DNA of 53,415 nt, filler included, from Sphacelaria rigidula (GCA_964200075.2; 4 parts of 4 records of this genome joined end to end with filler, not necessarily neighbours in it), one strand, 5' to 3'; positions 1 through 13,380 are shown, counted from the whole stretch's first letter. Made by a program: numbers and translations. The notes: generated by a model not told the origin, from the sequence alone.

Positions 1-1197
1 CCCGGTAGAGTTCAATGGAAGTGGGGAGACGAGGAATTGCCGATCGTGGGCCAGTATACATACCTGGGCGTAAAGACATGAAAAAAAACTGTTCTTGGGA
101 TGCACACATAAACAAAGTAATAGAAAAGGGTAAGGCACAGATAGACAGAATGGACGTGATCCTCAGAGACCCGCACCTAGACACTAGGATCAAGAGATGT
201 ATCCTGATGAACGTGATCGTACCAAAGCTGGAATATGCAGGAGAAGTATGGGAGGGGAACATCAAGTTGGTGGAGAGGTTGGAAACAGTGCAGATGGCAG
301 CAGCCAAGAAGACACTTGGATGCTCGAAAACGACGAGTTAAACAGCACTGAGAGCAGAGTTGGGAATGTACTCACTTGAAACGAACAGAGATATGAAGAA
401 ATTGCGATGGCAATATAGCGTAAAGAACATGCAGAGAAAGAAATTGCCAGCTATAGTTGAAAGGGCTGTATGGAAAAAAAGTACGATAGGGCAGGCTGGC
501 ATACGGTGGGATGAAGAAGTCGAGAAAACATGGAAGAAGATGTAAGAAAACCAAGACGAAATTCCGTCCATAGATGCAGACGCGGGGTACAAGGCAAAAG
601 TAAGACATGTGATAGAAATAACAGTAAAAGGAGCGCTCAGACGCAAAGTACGACGAAAAACACCTGAAGATATACGGGGGGTTGAAAGAGGGGATAGGGA
701 TGAAAGCATATTTGCGTGGCTCAATGGATGCTGCGAAAAGTATGAAAGCTCGATTTCGGGTGGGGGACCTAGACCTGCCAGAAAGAAGGAAGATATTCAC
801 AAGTCGTCGTGTGGAGGAGGAAGTAGATGCGCAGAACTGCCTCTGTGGCAAAGGAATAGAGAGCATAAGTCATTTAGTGGCAGAATGTGAACTATACAAG
901 GAGGAACGGGATGACCTAGAGGGAGAAATGCGGGATGTGAGCGAAGATAGCATGAAATCGTTTGATGCATCAGACTGTAGGGAGAAAACGATGGCTTTAC
1001 TAGGAGATAGCTTGTGGCCACAGACGGCGAAACAGAACGGGGATAAGATATGTAGAAGGTTTTTGTGTAATATATGGAAGAAACACAATGAGCGCCGGGA
1101 TGTTGGAGGTATCTCTATTAGGAGTAGGAACGGTGCTCCGTCTCGAAAGGGAGGCTTGGTCAATGGTCAAACGACTAAGGCCAGCAACAAATGAGTA
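1..1197 (+). mobile_element. Decayed non-LTR retrotransposon (LINE), 3' part of ORF2 (RT thumb region plus C-terminal CCHC-type knuckle)
   Basis: Broken ORFs 15-341, 360-545 and 682-1194 read 'WDAHINKVIEKG...PKLEYAGEVW...LETVQ...KTLG...LRAELG' and 'CLCGKGIESISHLVAEC', typical of the LINE ORF2 C-terminus. Stops and frameshifts are present. The ORF ends at AAATGA, followed directly by GTA and a C-run. Confidence 0.85.
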
Positions 1198-1223
1198 CCC
1201 CCTCCCCCCTTTTCCCCCCGGAA

Positions 1224-1284
1224 TCCGTCTCGAAATGAACCCGTGGTCAATGTTCAAATGACTAAGGCAAGCAACAAATGAGTA
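1224..1284 (+). mobile_element. Second, 5'-truncated copy of the same LINE 3' end
   Basis: TCCGTCTCGAAA...GGTCAATG...ACTAAGGCAAGCAACAAATGAGTA repeats ~1137-1197 and is flanked by C-rich runs on both sides. Confidence 0.85.
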
Positions 1285-3393
1285 CCCCCACCCTCCACCT
1301 CCCCCGGGCCTTGGGGGGCAAACCGGGTTTCGGGGTGCACGTTCCTGAGCATTGTAGGTCCGCGCCCCCCTGCTATTCTGCAGACGTTTTGATAAATCAA
1401 CTTGAGTTACCCAGTTACTCGAACCAGCGATAAGCTGGACAGCTCCCGGGAGCAAATCCTGCCTGGTATCCCTGTAGGAATCAAGGTCAAGACCAGTCGT
1501 CGTGAAGGCGAGGGCTTGTCACGGGATTTCGAACCAGGACGGGAACAATCTCCTGCCGGCGAGACAAGACGGGGCGGGACGCGACGGGAGTTTCTTGGCC
1601 GTCCTCACGGGCATATGTGTGAAATGTCCCTCAAGCAATCACAACGAGACCATGGTTTAGTTCACGAAAAACAATCACCGGTGTTATGGTACATCAGCAG
1701 TCGGACCGACTCATGAGTGCGACGGTAAAGCGGTCCAGTCCGGTCCGCTTGATATCCGGGGAACGGAAATTTCTATTCCGTCCTGAAATCCCGTCATAGG
1801 TCCTGATTCCGATAATTGCGATCGTTCATCCTTTCACGAGAGAGTTAAGTTCCAGTATAGGCTATATGGAAAGGGATCGGGGTCTGAGAATTAAAAAAGA
1901 AACGTTTGCAAATCCCACATAGGGAGATATACTAACTAGAGTCCCATCACGTTGAGCGGGAATGTCCGTTACGTTAACGGGAAGTTCCATCTAATCCGAC
2001 GGAAATTCCCGTGAAGAATGTCGTGAATGTTTCCGTGAGGATGGGACGGGACGTGGACGGATTCCTATTGTGCAGAAAGCAATGGGGCGGGCAGATAGAT
2101 GAAGCCCGACGGCAAGGTAAAGCACTGCGGTACAGTACCCTAGTCGGCGGTGCAGTGCATAAACCGTGTGGCCTGAGGATGATGATGACCTGCCAACACA
2201 TGCACAGCGATAGGTAGAATAAAGGAACTCATGCTACAAGTGTTTGAATGCTCAGCAACCAGCGTCCTTGTGCTCACCATGTGGGCATCCTGATGAAGAA
2301 AAACAAACCCTACTGGCTAATGGAGGTATGTTGCCCCCATGTCCTGCACATGTACACACCCAAGCACAGTAACGCCCCTAGACGCGCAGTGCTGCTATTA
2401 CTCTTGCTTCTGCTGCTTGTGCACAATAAAGCTACTTTCTACTCCAAATCAGCCGTGAGGTTAGAGGCAAGATGCAGTGATCGGCGGCAATTATCAGTAA
2501 TCTTCTGGGGAGGGATTTTTGATGATAACGTTTATCCGTATGTGTGCGTGCTGCCCTAGGCTCTGTCTGGACGAGTTCGAGTTCGGATTTGCCAATGCTC
2601 GCCACGTCGTAACATGAAATACTTTTCCCAACAAACGACCCGAACTAGGAAGTAATCACAAGATAACTGTTGTTCACGCGGGATATGTTGAACCGGCAAT
2701 AGGTGCGTGCTTCCCCGTCGGTGACGGGTGCATGGTTAAGTTCCATGGCACCTAGAATGGTTCTCAAAATTTCCTGCTTTTCAACGCTTAGCCTCCACGG
2801 TCCTGACCCCAAACGGCATATATTACAACGGTGTGTGCTGGCGTTCTGTGCACACGGGACTGGAATCCATTGGGCAGTTACGGTATATTGTTGCCGTGGC
2901 AAATCGTCATGGGAGTTGTCTTGTTCATTCGCTTGCTTTTTGCGGCAACCTTGGCGAAATCGGGACAGGTTCACGGGGCCGCTTGAGGCTCGACTGAAGT
3001 TCCAAAAGGGCGTGGCACGTACGCAGATGTTTGTATCCTTCGTCGACCGATGCAGGACTAGCGATACGCAGGTATGTGGAACCTTTGCACTCCCACGGTA
3101 CTGGGGCGAGAGGGGAACGCGTCGTTGTCATATTGTTCGATGCGTGTTTGGGATACAGGTTACGTGGTATGAAAGGCACGTGGAGACGTGCTTGTGCCAA
3201 AATGTGCGCTGAGTATAAGTGGACTGGGGTGTTCGGAGCGCCATTGCTTGTTTTCATTGCCACTGAGTTGAAACTGATGTCACCTGGGATGCTGAGATGC
3301 TGACAGATGTTGGTGCCCGCTTCGTGTCCGCTGCACCCAGAACGTGCGGTCGAGCGCCGCATTTTATGGTGGTGAAACTTGCATAGAGTTATC

Positions 3394-3544
3394 CACACCC
3401 TTGACAATATGTGGTCAACAAATATAATCGAAAAATATATAGCGCAAAGTATAGCTTATTGCGCCTACTAGTAGGCGCAACAGTCACTTTGCGCAATGCA
3501 CTTTCTTCCATTGCAACTATTGACCACATTTAGACCAGGGTGTA
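3394..3544. mobile_element. Foldback MITE with 8-bp TSD (hAT-like), copy 1
   Basis: Ends CACACCCT...AGGGTGTA, with imperfect inverted arms and a perfect central palindrome TTGCGCCTACTAGTAGGCGCAA (3459-3480). Flanks are GAGTTATC (3386-3393) and GAGTTTTC (3545-3552). Confidence 0.75.
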
Positions 3545-3929
3545 GAGTTTTCATGAGCGTTTCATTTTCCGGCACCCCTTTTCACTTTCGTAAATTTTCC
3601 ACGCAATTTTTTCGGCTCTTTCTGTATGTCGCCGAAACTTGCGAAGTATTTCTTTCTTAAACTCGACCACGTTCTCATAATCATCGTGTAAAAATGTGAA
3701 CTCCCAAAAATCAGCGCTGCTGCGTTTTTCATGAAGTTTGCCACCCTTGATAGCCCCTGCTCTGTAAACACCACATATGGATTTCACTCTAGTCAGGAGC
3801 TTGCTGCTGTCGGACGTGCTTGATGATGATCTTGACGGTTCATTTTTTTTTTTCCCTCTTCCTTCTTTCAGCCTCTCCTCTTCCTTGAGACGGATCATAG
3901 TCTGAAGGGATCAGCCCATCTCCCCCTCG

Positions 3930-6170
3930 GTACATGACTAGTAGTTTTAGGGCTGTAAACTGGCAGCTTTGGCCAATTAAGTTTAAACTGGCCGCTGGCG
4001 CAACCAGTACATGGATGTTTTCCCAGTTGTTTGCAAGCCCGAACGCCCCCCCCCCCCCCCCCCCCCCCCGGGGGGGGGGGCGGGCGGGGGCCCCCCCCGG
4101 CACAAAGGAGGGGGTGTCTGCGTTTTCCCTCCAAAATGTGGNNNNNNNNNNCCACCACAAGTGTTTTTTCCCCTTTTTTTTATAACCCCACCCCCCCCCC
4201 CCCCCCCCCCCCCGGCTGGTGAGGGGGCCTCGCGGGAGCACCGCCAGGAAAAATTGCGGTGTTGGCTTGTTTTCCCTTCAAATATGTGGATAGTTGCATT
4301 GAGGAGCCAAAATGCTTTGATGGCACTGGAATCCCATTCAAAGCGGTGAGCGAATCCTAAATCATTCATCTGTAGTTTGCAGCAGCAGAGACTCTCCGTG
4401 AGGAGCGGAGGATGAGAGCAAGGAAGCCAAGGCTGGCAGCACATGGGAACAACAGCGCAAAATTACTCGCGTCCGGGCCGACAAACATGCATGTAGTTGG
4501 ATAGCAACCCATGTTGTATTTTATATCTTGTGGTTGGGGGTTGCCGTTTGTTATTTTTGTTTTCGGATGGCGTGAAATAAAACGACAAACGCCATCTTAT
4601 GTGCTATATCACTCACTTCGAGGTGTAGGTAGCATGTGCTGCATCATGTTTCAAACGCTCTTCATCATACAATTGGCAATTGGCAAATGGCAATTTGGGT
4701 TCGGTGTTCGGCAGTTTCGCATCAAGGGTCCCGCCGTATATCAGTTACAACTCCTCTTTCATTCTTCATTTTCCTCATTCGACGGACCAGCCTTTGACCT
4801 ACACGCTACGGCCGACAAAAACCTAATACTGTAGAACAACGAGGTACCAACGAAGCAGACAGGATAAAATAGAAAAAGAGAACACCTAACGTTGTCATCT
4901 AGTGACAGGCCCAAGGCAAACCTGTTCTGCATGTGGTATGGTACCACCAAAGAACGCCAGACCTGTGCTGTACAAGTCGACAGAAACACGAAAGACGAAG
5001 CATGAAGCTGTGCATCGCTGCTTCACGTGTCTTTGACCCACAAAATGTCCGTTGACGCCTTCGAAGCGCCCTTTGTCTCACTTGATACCCTATGTTGCTC
5101 TGCCATTATAATTGCAGGCCTCGATCGTACAGTGAAGTTGTACATAATAGTGTAAGCATCTTTGTTATACATTCACTATACTAGAAATTGTATAAAATAA
5201 CCGGTAACGGCAAACCTCAAATAAGCTGTATAAACTGGCGCCCTCGTCGCCAGTTCCACTTTAACTCCAATTCCAGTGTAATCGACAGTAAAAACTGATC
5301 CAGTTCACAGCCCTGAATATGTTGGTTTCGCAGACGGGCTGGATTAGCACTTCCGCAACGCACCGACTCTCGATGATTAGTCTTTGCCACGCACGTCCCT
5401 AACGTTTTCACGACAAAAACCACGTCGTTCCCACCTTCCACACTTACCCGTTTTAGATTACCACATGGGCACACGGCGCACAAACTCATGTTACTTCGCC
5501 AAATTCAGCCTAGTATTTTCAAAAATACTAAAAGAAATTCTCTCTACAGGCATCACGACACTTGAATCACCCACCTCTTCCGTCACAACTCGGCTCATTC
5601 GCTAGGCTCAGTGAGTTTTTCCCGTGGGGCCCGCGACTCTGTTCCGAATGCTGTCGGCCATATTTTCATTTTTCCGGTGTCACCAAAAGCCACACTTACT
5701 TGGCGCGGATCGCCTACATGGATTACCTCGTTTTTCAGAGTACCCACGCAGCGTATGTTTCGATCGTCTGCCGGTGGTCGGGGAAAACCCATCGCATTCA
5801 TCTTTGGGACAACGGCGAAATAATTTTGGTTGCCCGATAGTTTTCCCTTGAGCCTGAGTTAATGGCTCACTCATAGTTTTTGCAGGTCTTGCTCAGACAG
5901 CAGTCGGTGTTGACCCAAAGGAAGACCGTGAATCATCAAACCGCGCTCACGTTTGTCCCCTATTTAATTTCCCGTCGCCCATCTAAATACCTTGTTGAGG
6001 GCTATCGACAGGCGCTGGCGCTTGGTGAAAACATTACTTGAGCTGTAGCAGCTCCACCCGCATCTCCCCTGTCCCCGAGGGAAGAGAAGAAGCAGCAAGC
6101 CAAGAGCAACAGTAGCACAGGCAACGACAATGATGAAAACCGCACAAGAAGAATCTTGTAACGCCCGGGC
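3930..6170 (-). pseudogene. Possible heavily decayed piggyBac-like (DDE_Tnp_1_7-type) transposase remnant
   Basis: Minus-strand fragments occur in the expected order: 'ARFDD' (~5940), 'ADDRNIRCVG..DPRQVSV' (~5770), 'LRRRQRTFCGSKTR' (~5050), 'DDNV/IRFLSA' (~4890-4815), 'FEWDSSAIKAFWLLNATIH' (~4330), then an H..C remnant (~3960-4010). Each match alone is weak and no TTAA/TIR ends were found. Confidence 0.35.
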
Positions 6171-8594
6171 GTATACCCCTCTCAAGACAGCGTATGGTGG
6201 ATCGCCACGGAGCCCTTGAAGGAGCTGAGCTAAGACAGAGGGGCCACCACCCGGCAACCCCAAACGCGCGTCCGCTGCTGCTATTGGTACAGTCGCTTAC
6301 CCGGGGGCTGGTGCTAGCGATAAGGAGGCCACAGGTAGTTTCACACCCCCACCTTTGCCAATTCGAGGTTGGGCTGCGTGTTTGAAGCAGAGGTGGTGAC
6401 TGACTACCCGGCGCGGGATGATCTTTTTACTGAGAACCGTAGATAGCGGAGATGATGCCCTCCGCCCCCGGTGATGATGTGCTCAACGTTGCCTTTTTTT
6501 TCGCAAGTTGCGAAGGTCACGTCGCTCGCGGCCACGCTGCCGAATGTGGCGTCGTAGGAAATACTCGGAGAAATTCTGATGGCCGGGAGTTTGTCCGAAG
6601 TGCAAGGTGTTACTCCTCGACACAATCAAATTGAGGAGCGTCATATATTTCCATCTGGAGTGAGGTGCCGTCACCTGCGGTGACTGAGGAGGAAGTGCGG
6701 CTACCTATCGCCCCTTCCCCCCAGCCAACCAACGACTCTAAAATTAGTGAAATTTGTGGAAAGCATGCGGCAGCTCGAACGCAAATAGTGAGTTTAACTT
6801 GCATGATGCAGTATCATGGAAGAGTCTGCCTTGTATAGAGTCCGTCTTGTGCACTGACGTTCTTTTTTTTCTTTGCCCTTTTTTTTCCGTCTTTTATTTT
6901 TTGCTCGTGTTCTCTGTTTTTTGTTTCGTATTAGGTGTCGTATGTTGTATAACATTTCGTCTTTTGCTAGTTTATTCGTGTTCGGGGTGGATATGCCTGT
7001 CAAGGTGCCAGGGGTTGCTCGGTCCTGCGCGATGAGTTGACGTTGATATTGCCCTCCAGTGATTCTCCTGGTTGCGTTCCTCTGTATTTTTTCTGTTCAT
7101 GTAGGAACATAGTCGGGGGCGAGTGCTCGTTGAATTACGCTCAAGTTTTAAATGTGTTTTGTTATGTGCCCGTTCTGCACGGTGCAAAGTTCACGCTCTA
7201 AAATTGTAGATATACCTAACCATCACCGTTTGTGCCGGGAATGCCGTGTATTTGCGATGAATTTCATGTGATCAACAGTCTGGCGGTAAATATAACATAG
7301 ATGGGGTCGCAAACAAGTGGATTGATTTTCATCTAGGTGCACTGGAAATGAGTACTTGAGTTTTTACTTCTGGAAATGACAAGAGTTAGATGTAAAGGTA
7401 TCCTACAGGCAGCTGGTGTGCCCTCTGTCGTCATCGTCCCAGTTAGTTATCGTTTGTTTGATTGACCTACTTGGTGGGGCGTGCCGTCTCCCGGTTTGCA
7501 TATGCATTTTGTGGGATCCTGTCGCGTGTGTCTGTGCAGCCAACGCGAGAGTAACTCGGGTATTTTTCGTGTGTGTGGGGCGTGCAGGGTATTCGAACAG
7601 CAAGGTACAGAAGGCAGATGCCGCGCCGTCGATTATATGTTGTCCCCTAGTGGGTTAGACTGGGAACATACGACGGGCTGAGTTGGGAACCGCATTTGTC
7701 GGTAGCACCAATGCATCTTAGATTTCACATACTTGACCTGAATAAGTTAACATACTACACGATAAAAAAAACAAGGCGAGCACCGCACAAGGAAGGTGGA
7801 GTACCAGAACAAACTACATTGATGAACGAAAACTCATTTGTTGGCCTTCCTCCTGTGTGACCCCGGCTGATGCGCATATACCGAAAGGTGTAGGCTGACG
7901 TCCATAATAAATGGATATATGAGATGACAACAAACAACACATACACAGCCTAGAGGTTCCCTGACAATTACCCTGACAAATTGATTGCCATGACTATATT
8001 TTCACGTCATTTTCACAGGTTTGTCTTTGCCGTACATGATAATCGGAATGCCACTCCCGCCCAGTGAAGGAAACGATGCTGCGGTGCGTGTCGTTGCCGC
8101 CGTCAACAGTTCAGCACAATGCGGTAATTTGCCTGCACTTGGTATTATAGCCAAGTTATCAATGAATCTCCTACTACTACCTTGAGGCATTTTTTTCAGG
8201 ACGTCTTGGTATATGGTACACGCTCATCTCATTGACATTCGGTAATCGTAGCAGATTGTTGTTCCTTCACGCGTGACAGCTGGCATGATAATGAGGAGGG
8301 GCATTATACCACGTGTAAATAGTGAGGTTGACGAGTTCACAGCCCGTTTCATCTTCTTTGCTCGTTGCCAACCTGGGCATCATAATGAAAGAGGTGGAAG
8401 TTCTCCATGGAACACCAAAGATTCACGCCAAGGCAGCACGAATCACATAGCCTATGAATCGCTTATTCGGGGAAGACACGCACTCACTGCCGTGATGGAG
8501 TTTGTTTTTCTGGCCCGAAGCTACACATCAAGATGCCAGAATGTGGACAAGACTGACATCTTCGGTACGGTATCTCAAAAGGTTCAAGACCCTT

Positions 8595-9526
8595 TGTAAT
8601 GCGTGTTCAGGCCGCGCGTGCTTGTTCAGGCCGTGTGGGTTTAGGACTGCACCGGAGTTTAAACGCCGCCACGGGACCGGCGTGTGGAAAGGATAGCGAT
8701 ACAACGACCACGCAGCGTGCCTCGAAAAAGGGGGGAGCAAGGATTTCAAAACTAAATTATTCAGACACCAGAAACTCGTCCAGGAGTCATTGTCGCAGCT
8801 TGTACCTGCGAGCACCGAGCACCAGTTCGTCGGTGCGGTCATCACAACGTGGTAGGCACCGACACCTCCTTAAAGCACTGGTGTCAACGCTTTTTCACTA
8901 CGATGCTCTTGCGAGAATGACTCCTTGACGAGTTGTGGTGTCTGAATTTGATCCTTTTTCAAACCCTCGCTCTCCTTCTTTTCGGGGCATACCGCGCCGT
9001 CGTCGTGTCGCTCCAGTCACCTCACCTGGCTTCGCTACCCCTGTCTCGATAAACGCGCAGTTCCGGTGGGCCAAGGGTGCGATTTTGGTTCTCACCAGGT
9101 CTCACTAGGTCCAAGAGGTCTTCCCGACACGTCGGTGTCGGAATGTCCAAACTCCGATCCGGTCCTAAAAAGCACGCGGTCTGAACTCGCATTTCATCCT
9201 TGACAAGAGCTATCTATTACCACATACATGGGCATATAGGAGGATAATTTGCTGACTCTGAGGCATGTCCCAAGCTGTTCATATGAACAGGTACACTGAG
9301 TGAACATGTACATGTGCGGATAGATCTATGAAGACGCACGGGTACTGGTAGTCAAGCGTGTGTGACTACAGTACCATGCTCGGGTCGGCTGCTGCGCTGC
9401 CGTCTGAGTTCACTCCACATCTGATCCCACCATCACAGGGTCGACTACGTCAAGGCTCTCTCCAATAATATAAAAGATAAAACTATCTATCCTTCGCCAC
9501 GGGCCACGGAATACACTAGTGTTACA
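8595..9526 (+). repeat. Probable 5' LTR of the copia element
   Basis: Starts TGTAA and ends TTACA (inverted termini), has AATAAA near 9469, and is followed 2 nt later by TGGTTGGGCAG (PBS-like) and gag. The partner LTR is outside this contig, so the 5' boundary is unverified. Confidence 0.55.
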
Positions 9527-12500
9527 ACTGGTTGGGCAGAATGGCAGAACAGGGTGGTGGACCTGCTACAATAATCGGTGAGCAGGGTGTCATTGAGCAG
9601 TTGCAGGAAGTAAGTAGTCAGAAGAGTTCCTTGGCTCAGATCATGCGTCATTTGCAGTTAAACCAGGCTGCATTACAGAGTAACATGGACGATATGAGGG
9701 CAGAAAGAGAGGCCGGGGGCGCAGAAAACAATGGTGTCCTCGATAGTGATGGTTCCCATAGTCAACAGGAGGAATTTAACACGAATAGAACAGTGGAGCG
9801 TCGTTGTGCTGGAATTCGAAGAGACCGATGGTACATCGGGAGTCAAGCTGTTCCAGAGGAAGAAGCGCGAGACGCAATGGACAACTAGGCCACAAGCGAC
9901 GAAGCTAGGGGCTTTGTCCCCGCACGTCAGTCAATTTCAGTAAACGATGCAAGTGGAAATGTGTCAGGGGTTTCCGCTTTTCGACAGAACGTCCCAGAAT
10001 TTTCAGGGAAGAACGCTGATTATGCTCGGTACAGACATGAGCTGGTCAACTTCGCGAGGGGTGAACAAATTTGATGGGTGTTTACCATGGCCGGCGATAG
10101 TTCGCACGACGTAGATGTCGGTAACCCTGAATTAGTACTGGGGTATCTTGAGAGTAGACACGGGAAGGACACAGTGGCAGCCAACGTGAGGGTGAGACGG
10201 ATGCTTGTTGCTAGTCTAGAAGGAAAGAAGGAGCAAGACATTCTGCTCAGAGTCCACTCACCTCGTGCGGTTGGACAAAACCCGAGGATGTCTTTCGCCC
10301 CAAAACAAATGGGGCGAAAACCGCTTTGTTGGAAAAGTTCGATGGAGTCAAGACTGGTGTCCGTGATGATCTAGAGCAGAAGCTGCTCGAGATGAAGGAA
10401 ATTGCACGCAACCTGAACTCATATGACGAGCATGAACGACTAACCGAAAAACATATTCTCTTGAAGTTCCTCAACGCATCGCCCTTCGAGTATCACATGC
10501 AGAAACAACTGCTGGAGGATCGAGAGGGACCGCTGACGCGGGAGGTTGTGTTGACTTCGATCCGAAAGCGCTTCGAATCGACATCTTTGAAGCAGGAATC
10601 TGCCCAGGGAAAGAAGTCATCCCCGGGCGACCAGGCTCTCCTTGCCGGGGGTGGGACCGGAAACCCGAGCGGTGCACATCGCAAGGGTAAACCGGGAAAA
10701 CCCCAGGGCTTTGGTCAGAAAAACGGCGTGAGCCAGAGTTCAAGTAGCTCTGGGTCGGCATCGTCGGACGGCAAACCGGCGACTGGGAAGCTTCTCCGCT
10801 ACCACGTTTGCGACGAGGACACGACGCACCGAGCCAGGAACTGCCCGAAGAGATACTGCGGTAGGTGCGGTCAGCAGGGGCACACGTTCTGGCACTGCCC
10901 GAGATCGACAGCGAAGAAAGAGGGCGTGGTGATGGCGATGGGCGCGGCCGACGACAGCGACAGCTCCTCCGTCTGTTCGGTGGCGGATGTAGAGGCTTTC
11001 ATCTCTCTCGACACCACCATCAACGGCGAAACAGGCGAGTATGCATTGAGTGTTGAGCGGGGGGGTGATAATCAGCAGGGTGAGGGCGAACCGTGAGTAT
11101 TTGACACGGGGGCTACCCAGCACTTCTCCCACGATTCCCATGGGATGACGGAGTACAGAGAGTGCAAGGGTAGGGTACTACGGTGCGCGGGAGGTAGTAA
11201 TTACCCGATCGTAGGCAGAGGAAATTTGTCTCTTGCCTTCAGATCTGACGGACAGGATGAAATCCTAAAACTAGTGGACGTTGACCATGTACCTGGTTTC
11301 CGTCATCACCTCTTGTCACTTACGAGGGTCCAACACATGGGACACACCTACACTGTTTTTCGTACAGGTTTCAGGGTAGATCTCAATTCAGACAATACAC
11401 AAAAAATACCCAGACAACCACGTCAACTCAGAATGTACGCCCGCCGCCTCGACCACAGTGGAAGTGACAAGTGTTCTTCGGCATATGCTGTTATCTCCCG
11501 GGGGCTTCGCCAAGCCCCCAGACCGCTAACATCAACGAGTTCCACTGTGCCCACGCCCACGTCCACGAGGATTTACAGCGGAAGACGGCGAAGCAGCAGG
11601 GAAAGCAGCTGGCTGGGGAGCTGCAGCCCTGCCGCGGCTGCTCAGAGGCGAAGGGACTGCGGGCGCCGATTCCAAGATCGACGCACACGAGAGCAGCTAC
11701 TGTAAGTCAGCGTCTAGGGTGTTTGTAGATCTTTCCGGGCCGAAACCAGTCAAGTCTTACAGGGGAAAGTCGTACACGATGATAGTCCGAGATGATCACT
11801 CACGGCACACAAAGCTATATTGCCTCCGGAAGAAGGATGAGGTAGAGAGATACTTCGCGAAATACATAGCATGGGTCTCTCCGAGAAAATTGAGATAGTC
11901 CGTAGCGATGACGGGGGTGAATTCTCGGAGGGTGCATTTGGTGAACTGTGCGACAGGGAAAAAATCAAGCCGGAGAAGACAACTGCCGACTCACCCCAGT
12001 TCAACGGTGTTGCAGAGCGAGCGTTAGGTATCATCGAAACAGCAGGCCTTGCGGCCAGGATCCAAACATCTGAGCTGTACCCAGATGAGCGCATCCCGAA
12101 TGGTGACAACCTGGGGGCTGAAACTGGGCGTGCCACGCCCTGAACTGTACCGCTACCTCGGCTAACCCGCACCACAAACCACCGCATGAGATGTGGTATG
12201 GATCACCACCGGAAGGTGATCTCATTCCGTTCTTGAAGCCTGGGTTTTGTAGGAGGAAGCGGACAAATGAATTACAGCCGAAGGCCGAAAAATGTTGGTA
12301 CTTGAGCCCAGCCCCAGGCTACCCACGTAACGTGATGCGAGTTCTGACTGTACGAGGAACTCTCTCCGCGACAAGACATGTAACATGGGCACGTACGTCC
12401 GCTGCCCCCCCCGCACACTGCAGCAAGCGTGCAGACGCCAGGCGAGCTGAAGGATTCCAGCGTCGATCAAGGCCAGGGTGTGAGTGAAGACAGGACGGAA

Positions 12501-13280
12501 AGCTCGACAGTGGACACCCCCCCTCCCCGCCGAGTTCCGTTGGTGGGAGGGGCGGAGCAGCACAGCATATCCCCGTCAGTAGTGGAGGGGGCGACGTGCC
12601 TTCACCGTCCCCGCGAGGGGGGGGGGCGAGGCGGGGTCGTACCAGAAATCCCCGTTCCAGACTTTATCAGCGGAGGGGGTGAGGCGGAACCGGAATCATC
12701 ATCATCATCATCATCAAAGCCAACATCAGCGCCGACACCGACACCAGCACAGACGCCGACACCTACGCCGACGCCGACACCTACGCCGACGCTCACATCG
12801 GCATCGGACACTCCCTCGTCGCCCGCACTGGCACTCTCTTCCACGGGTCCCTCCCAAGACGGCGGGGGGGGCGGCGACGCTCCTCAACCCCCGAGGACCG
12901 AGCAACGCCGTCTTGCATGGGCTGACCGGTTATCAACACCAAGGGCGGGGCGTACGAGGAGCCAACCGCGCAAGGTCATGGGGTCGGCACACGCACGAGG
13001 CGAAACGCTGGTGGCTAGAGGAGCGGAGGAGAGCAAAAAGGAAGCGGAGATGGCGCTGGCGGGAATGGCGGAGGACAAATGCTCAACCATGGAGATGATC
13101 ACTGCGGCAGCAGAACAGGTGGCCGGACAAGACGCAATCGCTTCGACCCAACACGAGTTAGCTGAGAACGAGTTTCTTTGTTTTGTTGCTGAGGAAAACA
13201 GAGTACGAGCTGGGCGAGCCTAGAGGCGGATTTGAAGTTTGCAGGCCCATGCTCTTATATACATTTAGAGTTGGACCATG
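9527..13280 (+). mobile_element. Ty1/copia LTR retrotransposon internal region (gag, protease, GAG-pre-integrase, integrase), pseudogenised and cut by the contig end before RT
   Basis: Zinc knuckle 'CGRCGQQGHTFWHC' (10326-11096), protease 'VFDTGATQH' (~11100), 'INEFHCAHAH...CRGCSEAK', and integrase 'VFVDLSGP', 'VRSDDGGEF', 'SPQFNGVAERALG'. Integrase directly follows protease, the copia order. Multiple frameshifts and stops. Confidence 0.93.
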
Positions 13281-13380
13281 NNNNNNNNNNNNNNNNNNNN
13301 NNNNNNNNNNNNNNNNNNNNNNNNTTAATTAATTAANNNNNNNNNNNNNNNNNNNNNNNNNNNNNNNNNNNNNNNNNNNN
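13281..13380. other. Artificial contig-joining spacer
   Basis: 44 N + TTAATTAATTAA (stop codons in all six frames) + 44 N. Confidence 0.97.

Noticed and set aside
2093..2326. Possible SWIM-finger remnant of a Mutator-like transposase ('SCYKCLN...QRPCAHH')
   Set aside because: It needs a frameshift, contains stops, and no other MULE motifs or TIRs were found; too weak to call.
4046..4213. Poly-Pro/poly-Gly ORFs and a C/G-run structure around the 10-N gap (4142-4151)
   Set aside because: Sequence on each side of the gap is a noisy copy of the true sequence on the other side of a single C-run (e.g. GTTTTCCCTCCAAAATGTGG vs GTTTTCCCTTCAAATATGTGG). This is a homopolymer sequencing or assembly artefact.
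7750..7960. Segment resembling a common brown-algal interspersed repeat (minus strand CAGCCGGGGTCACACAGGAGGAAGG)
   Set aside because: Recognised from recall only; it is single-copy in this window with no definable ends, so it is not supported as a feature.
12429..13223. 264-aa Pro/Thr/Ser-rich ORF resembling a mucin or extensin-like gene
   Set aside because: It lies in the integrase-RT linker of the copia polyprotein and is a low-complexity part of the element.
13325..13336. TTAATTAATTAA palindrome, also at 26704 and 40083, as a regulatory or piggyBac site
   Set aside because: It is embedded symmetrically in N runs and is a synthetic linker.
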